Shown here piece by piece: positions 61,163-64,000 of a stretch of DNA of 64,000 bases. This DNA comes from Lepidodermella squamata (lineage: Eukaryota > Animalia > Gastrotricha). The stretch lies in assembly GCA_047495785.1 (NCBI GenBank), contig JBLDXI010000045.1:1-64000 (forward strand), in the 5' to 3' direction. The notes beneath the pieces are model-generated. The model worked only from the letters and a program-made list of their open reading frames with translations, did not search any database and had not been told where the DNA came from. Each line of letters begins with the position of its first letter. The first letter of the stretch is position 1. The position numbers and the translations under genes were made by a program.

Positions 61163-62175
61163 TTCGATATTTTACATTTATAGTGCAATGTAGAAGAATA
61201 CTGAAAACGGGGACTTATATGCAAGCGAGTCGAATGGCCGTGGGCCTATACGCAGGTCAAGCCAATATGGCGTGATCTTGAAGAAAAACTCGGATTGTGC
61301 ACCCACCCTGCCCAAACGCACTACGCACTGAAAAAATGGAGCCACATCCCACTCAGTGTGGGTAATATAGTCCCTTAATCATTTAGGCTAAAAATTAGAT
61401 AAACTTCCGCGAGCTGTAATCATACCTCTGCTATATTCTACTTCTACTGATATAATCAATTTTGATAAATTGAACTTGATTATCATGCATTTGGAATTAT
61501 TTTCCTAATTAGGCGTTTATTAAAGATGACGAAGTTCACTGGGCAAGAAAGCCCGCCAAAAATAAAATTTTGAACCACGTGATCATATACCTAGCTGAAA
61601 TACCTTGGAAAGATTAATGAAAAATGGTAAAAACTGCGGGTGGGGGTAGGTGAGTGATTCTTTGCCCGCCTTTGCCCTCTTCAATAAATCTGTTCACGGG
61701 GCACACGTTATATAGTCGTGGAGAAGACAATAAAAAATTGTGTTTTCATCAACAATATCCTTTTTTCAGGTAAATATCCAATTCAATTGATCTTTAGAAA
61801 TGACGATGAGCCAACAAATTTGACCTATTATGACAACTTGTCTATCACAGGAGCCACATTTCGGGTTTCGAGATTCTTCATCGCAACCGCGACCATCAGG
61901 CCTGAGTTTTCAACAGCAGCTAGTACATCGCAAGCCTTAATTTTCACTCTCCACGGTCGATGTGTTTCCTGTATATGGTAAAAACGCGATCGTTTGACGC
62001 ATTGGTGTATACAGGTCTGAATTTCAATTAGCTAGAGCTCTCTAGCTTGAGTTTCTGACCTGCTGGCTCAGCTTAACACGGGGATGACGAGTGTCGATGA
62101 TATAAAGAGAGCCGAATGACAGCCATAATAACACCTGCAGAATAGAACACACATTTTGCTGATACTCGGCATATC

Positions 62176-62727
62176 ATGAAGGTCCTGCTCTCTGTTTTAT
62201 CGTGCCTCGTTCTTTTCAACGCTGCCTTCGCAGCTGTTCGATTCCGCTCGTGTGGTAAGAGGTAACACGGGAATTTTTCGAACAAACTAATGCAAGCAAC
62301 TCTTGCAGGCAAATCTGTGGTGAAGAAAATTGTTTTCGAAGGCTCGGACAATATTGGAACTCCCACGATTTTCCGAGGAAAGACGTACACGGCCCGCGTT
62401 GAGTACATCGCCGCTGCTGATCACAGCACGTTGAAGACGGTCTGGTTCGGCGTTATCGGCGGCCGCGACCTCGCTTGGGAGGATCTGAAGTTCGCCGAGG
62501 GCTGCAAGAGCGTATCGCCCACGTGCCCGATTAAGGCTGGCAAAACTTACGTCTACACGGAGCAAGTCACTGTTCCCCTGAACACCCCACCGGTAAGAAT
62601 TACCCGATTAATTATATTTTTAACCGATTTATTTCCCAATCAGATGCGTACTGTTGTAAGGCTGAAGCAGTTTGGCGACAATAATGCTGAGAATTTGTGT
62701 GCCCTCCTATCTTTGAATGTCAAGTAA
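62176..62727 (+). CDS. Secreted ML/NPC2-like protein 4 (3 exons)
   Basis: MKVLLSVLSCLVLFNAAFAAVRFRSC|G, GCKSVSPTCPI, NLCALL; TATA box at ~62100. Confidence 0.85.
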
Positions 62728-63975
62728 AATGTCGAACAAGCCAGCAATTATCATTTCAAAGTTAAAATAATATATGAAACAACTTATTTTCTTCGAGAGA
62801 TATCATCCGCGTCATTTCGAAATATGCCTTTCATGTCTTTTGCATAGTTCACGTATTATTGAAGTTGTGCTGTTGTGGATTCGAGTTTAAATTAAATCAG
62901 TTCAGGAAAAATTGTTGATAAAAAGAAAAATTGAGAATGCCGAGAAATTTAATCAATTCTAGTCGTCATTTACCCCAGCACGTGACAGCCGATCTGGCAA
63001 GTTTGTCAAGCAAACGTCAAGTGAAGGCCGAAATTTTCATTTCCCTTTAACAAATCTGAATATTTTACTGTGAGCTGAACCTAATTTGCTGTAGCGGAAC
63101 CAATTCGAAATGCAAAGAGTAACTTTTCGAATAATTCTAGGAAAGTGAGGCAAAGCATGAATCGAACACTTACGCAATATTTTACTCTGAATTTAATGAC
63201 TATTTTTATCGAATTATATTGGTCGACTATGGCACCCTTGAAAGTTCCGAAAAGTGTTTTTAGGGCCGCTACAACAAATTAGGCTCCGGTAAAAGGAGGA
63301 CCCTTAAAAAATGACTTCAAACATCAGCATCTTTGTCAGCCCAAGTGAAGCCATGGTCTTTTGCTGGAACTGAATTCGATATCTTCGAGAATCTGATAAA
63401 TTGCCGAATTAGTAGCCTTTATTAGATGCAGATTAATATGAAATTCCCAAATAACGGATTCAAACGGCTGCCTGCCGCTAGATTCGAACTCAGTTAAACA
63501 TTTGAATGAATTTTCACTTCAAATAAAATTCCCATGCGTGCTCATCGTGGAATGTACGGGATTGCTTGAAATGGTGTCTGAGGTTTCTAGGTTGCCAAAA
63601 AAACGAGTTTTTTGCTGCCATGATTAATGCCGATGATTTGCAAGGAAGGCTTGAATTTTCTGGAATTTTGGCAATCGAACAACAAAAATTCCCTGTATTA
63701 CGCCTGAACTGGAAAATAGGTGACGCGCACTTGCTCATTGTGCAAGTACTCGATGCTATTTGCGATAGTTAAAAGCTGATGATCACGCCACCAATAAATT
63801 AAGCGCGTGTGCTTCTCTTATGATCCAGTGCACCGCATACCCCGCGAGCCAAAAAAAAATGGCGTGATATCCGTCGAGCCACGCCGTATATTAAAGGCCT
63901 CGAGGTCGACTATTGCTTTCAGATCCACTTCAACTCCTGCTATAAGTTTATCCGCATTTCCTGCTCTCTTCAACC

Positions 63976-64000
63976 ATGAAGTCTTTAGCTATTTTGATCG
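63976..64000 (+). CDS. Start of a probable secreted protein (possibly another ML paralogue), truncated by window end
   Basis: CAACC-ATG MKSLAILI, with TATATTAAA ~85 nt upstream, similar to ML gene 4. Confidence 0.3.

Noticed and set aside
63465-63492. B-box-like GTTCGAATC on the minus strand (tRNA/SINE)
   Set aside because: No A-box or cloverleaf could be built.

Overview
Eukaryotic (small invertebrate, motile-cilia-bearing) genomic DNA with compact genes and ~50-60 nt GT-AG introns. Bases 1-~22,100 are the right-hand part of a Maverick/Polinton-type endogenous DNA virus. It encodes a packaging ATPase, a small basic ORF, a proline-rich ORF, protein-primed PolB (terminal-protein region/OTU-like protease/Zn fingers/exonuclease/Vsr-like insert/polymerase), a PC4-like ssDNA-binding protein, a RING-TRAF-type E3, a deoxynucleoside kinase and a dUTPase. 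Unusually, its genes are split by 15 predicted host-style spliceosomal introns, 10 of them in PolB. The splice model closes the PolB frame exactly (1,424 aa), and several introns fall inside catalytic motifs. Integrase, capsid and protease genes are not in the window. About 11.2 kb of the element (3672-14896) is a direct-inverted-direct triplication that looks like an amplification/assembly chimera: it has microhomology junctions, clustered homopolymer deletions and two embedded copies of what I recall as PacBio barcode bc1003. The element is followed by a 63-bp tandem repeat, a candidate ACTACT terminus and an orphan IRF2BP-type RING ORF. The rest is host DNA: TALPID3-like, PP1-beta, a tandem-rhodanese sulfurtransferase, kintoun/DNAAF2, four 4-Cys ML/NPC2-like genes, GTPBP2, ING4/5, ARID4, TEX43/SPMIP10, a LINE RT relic, VIPAS39, Speedy/RINGO and a divergent Cys-loop receptor. 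All homology calls are by eye from remembered motifs; no searches were run.
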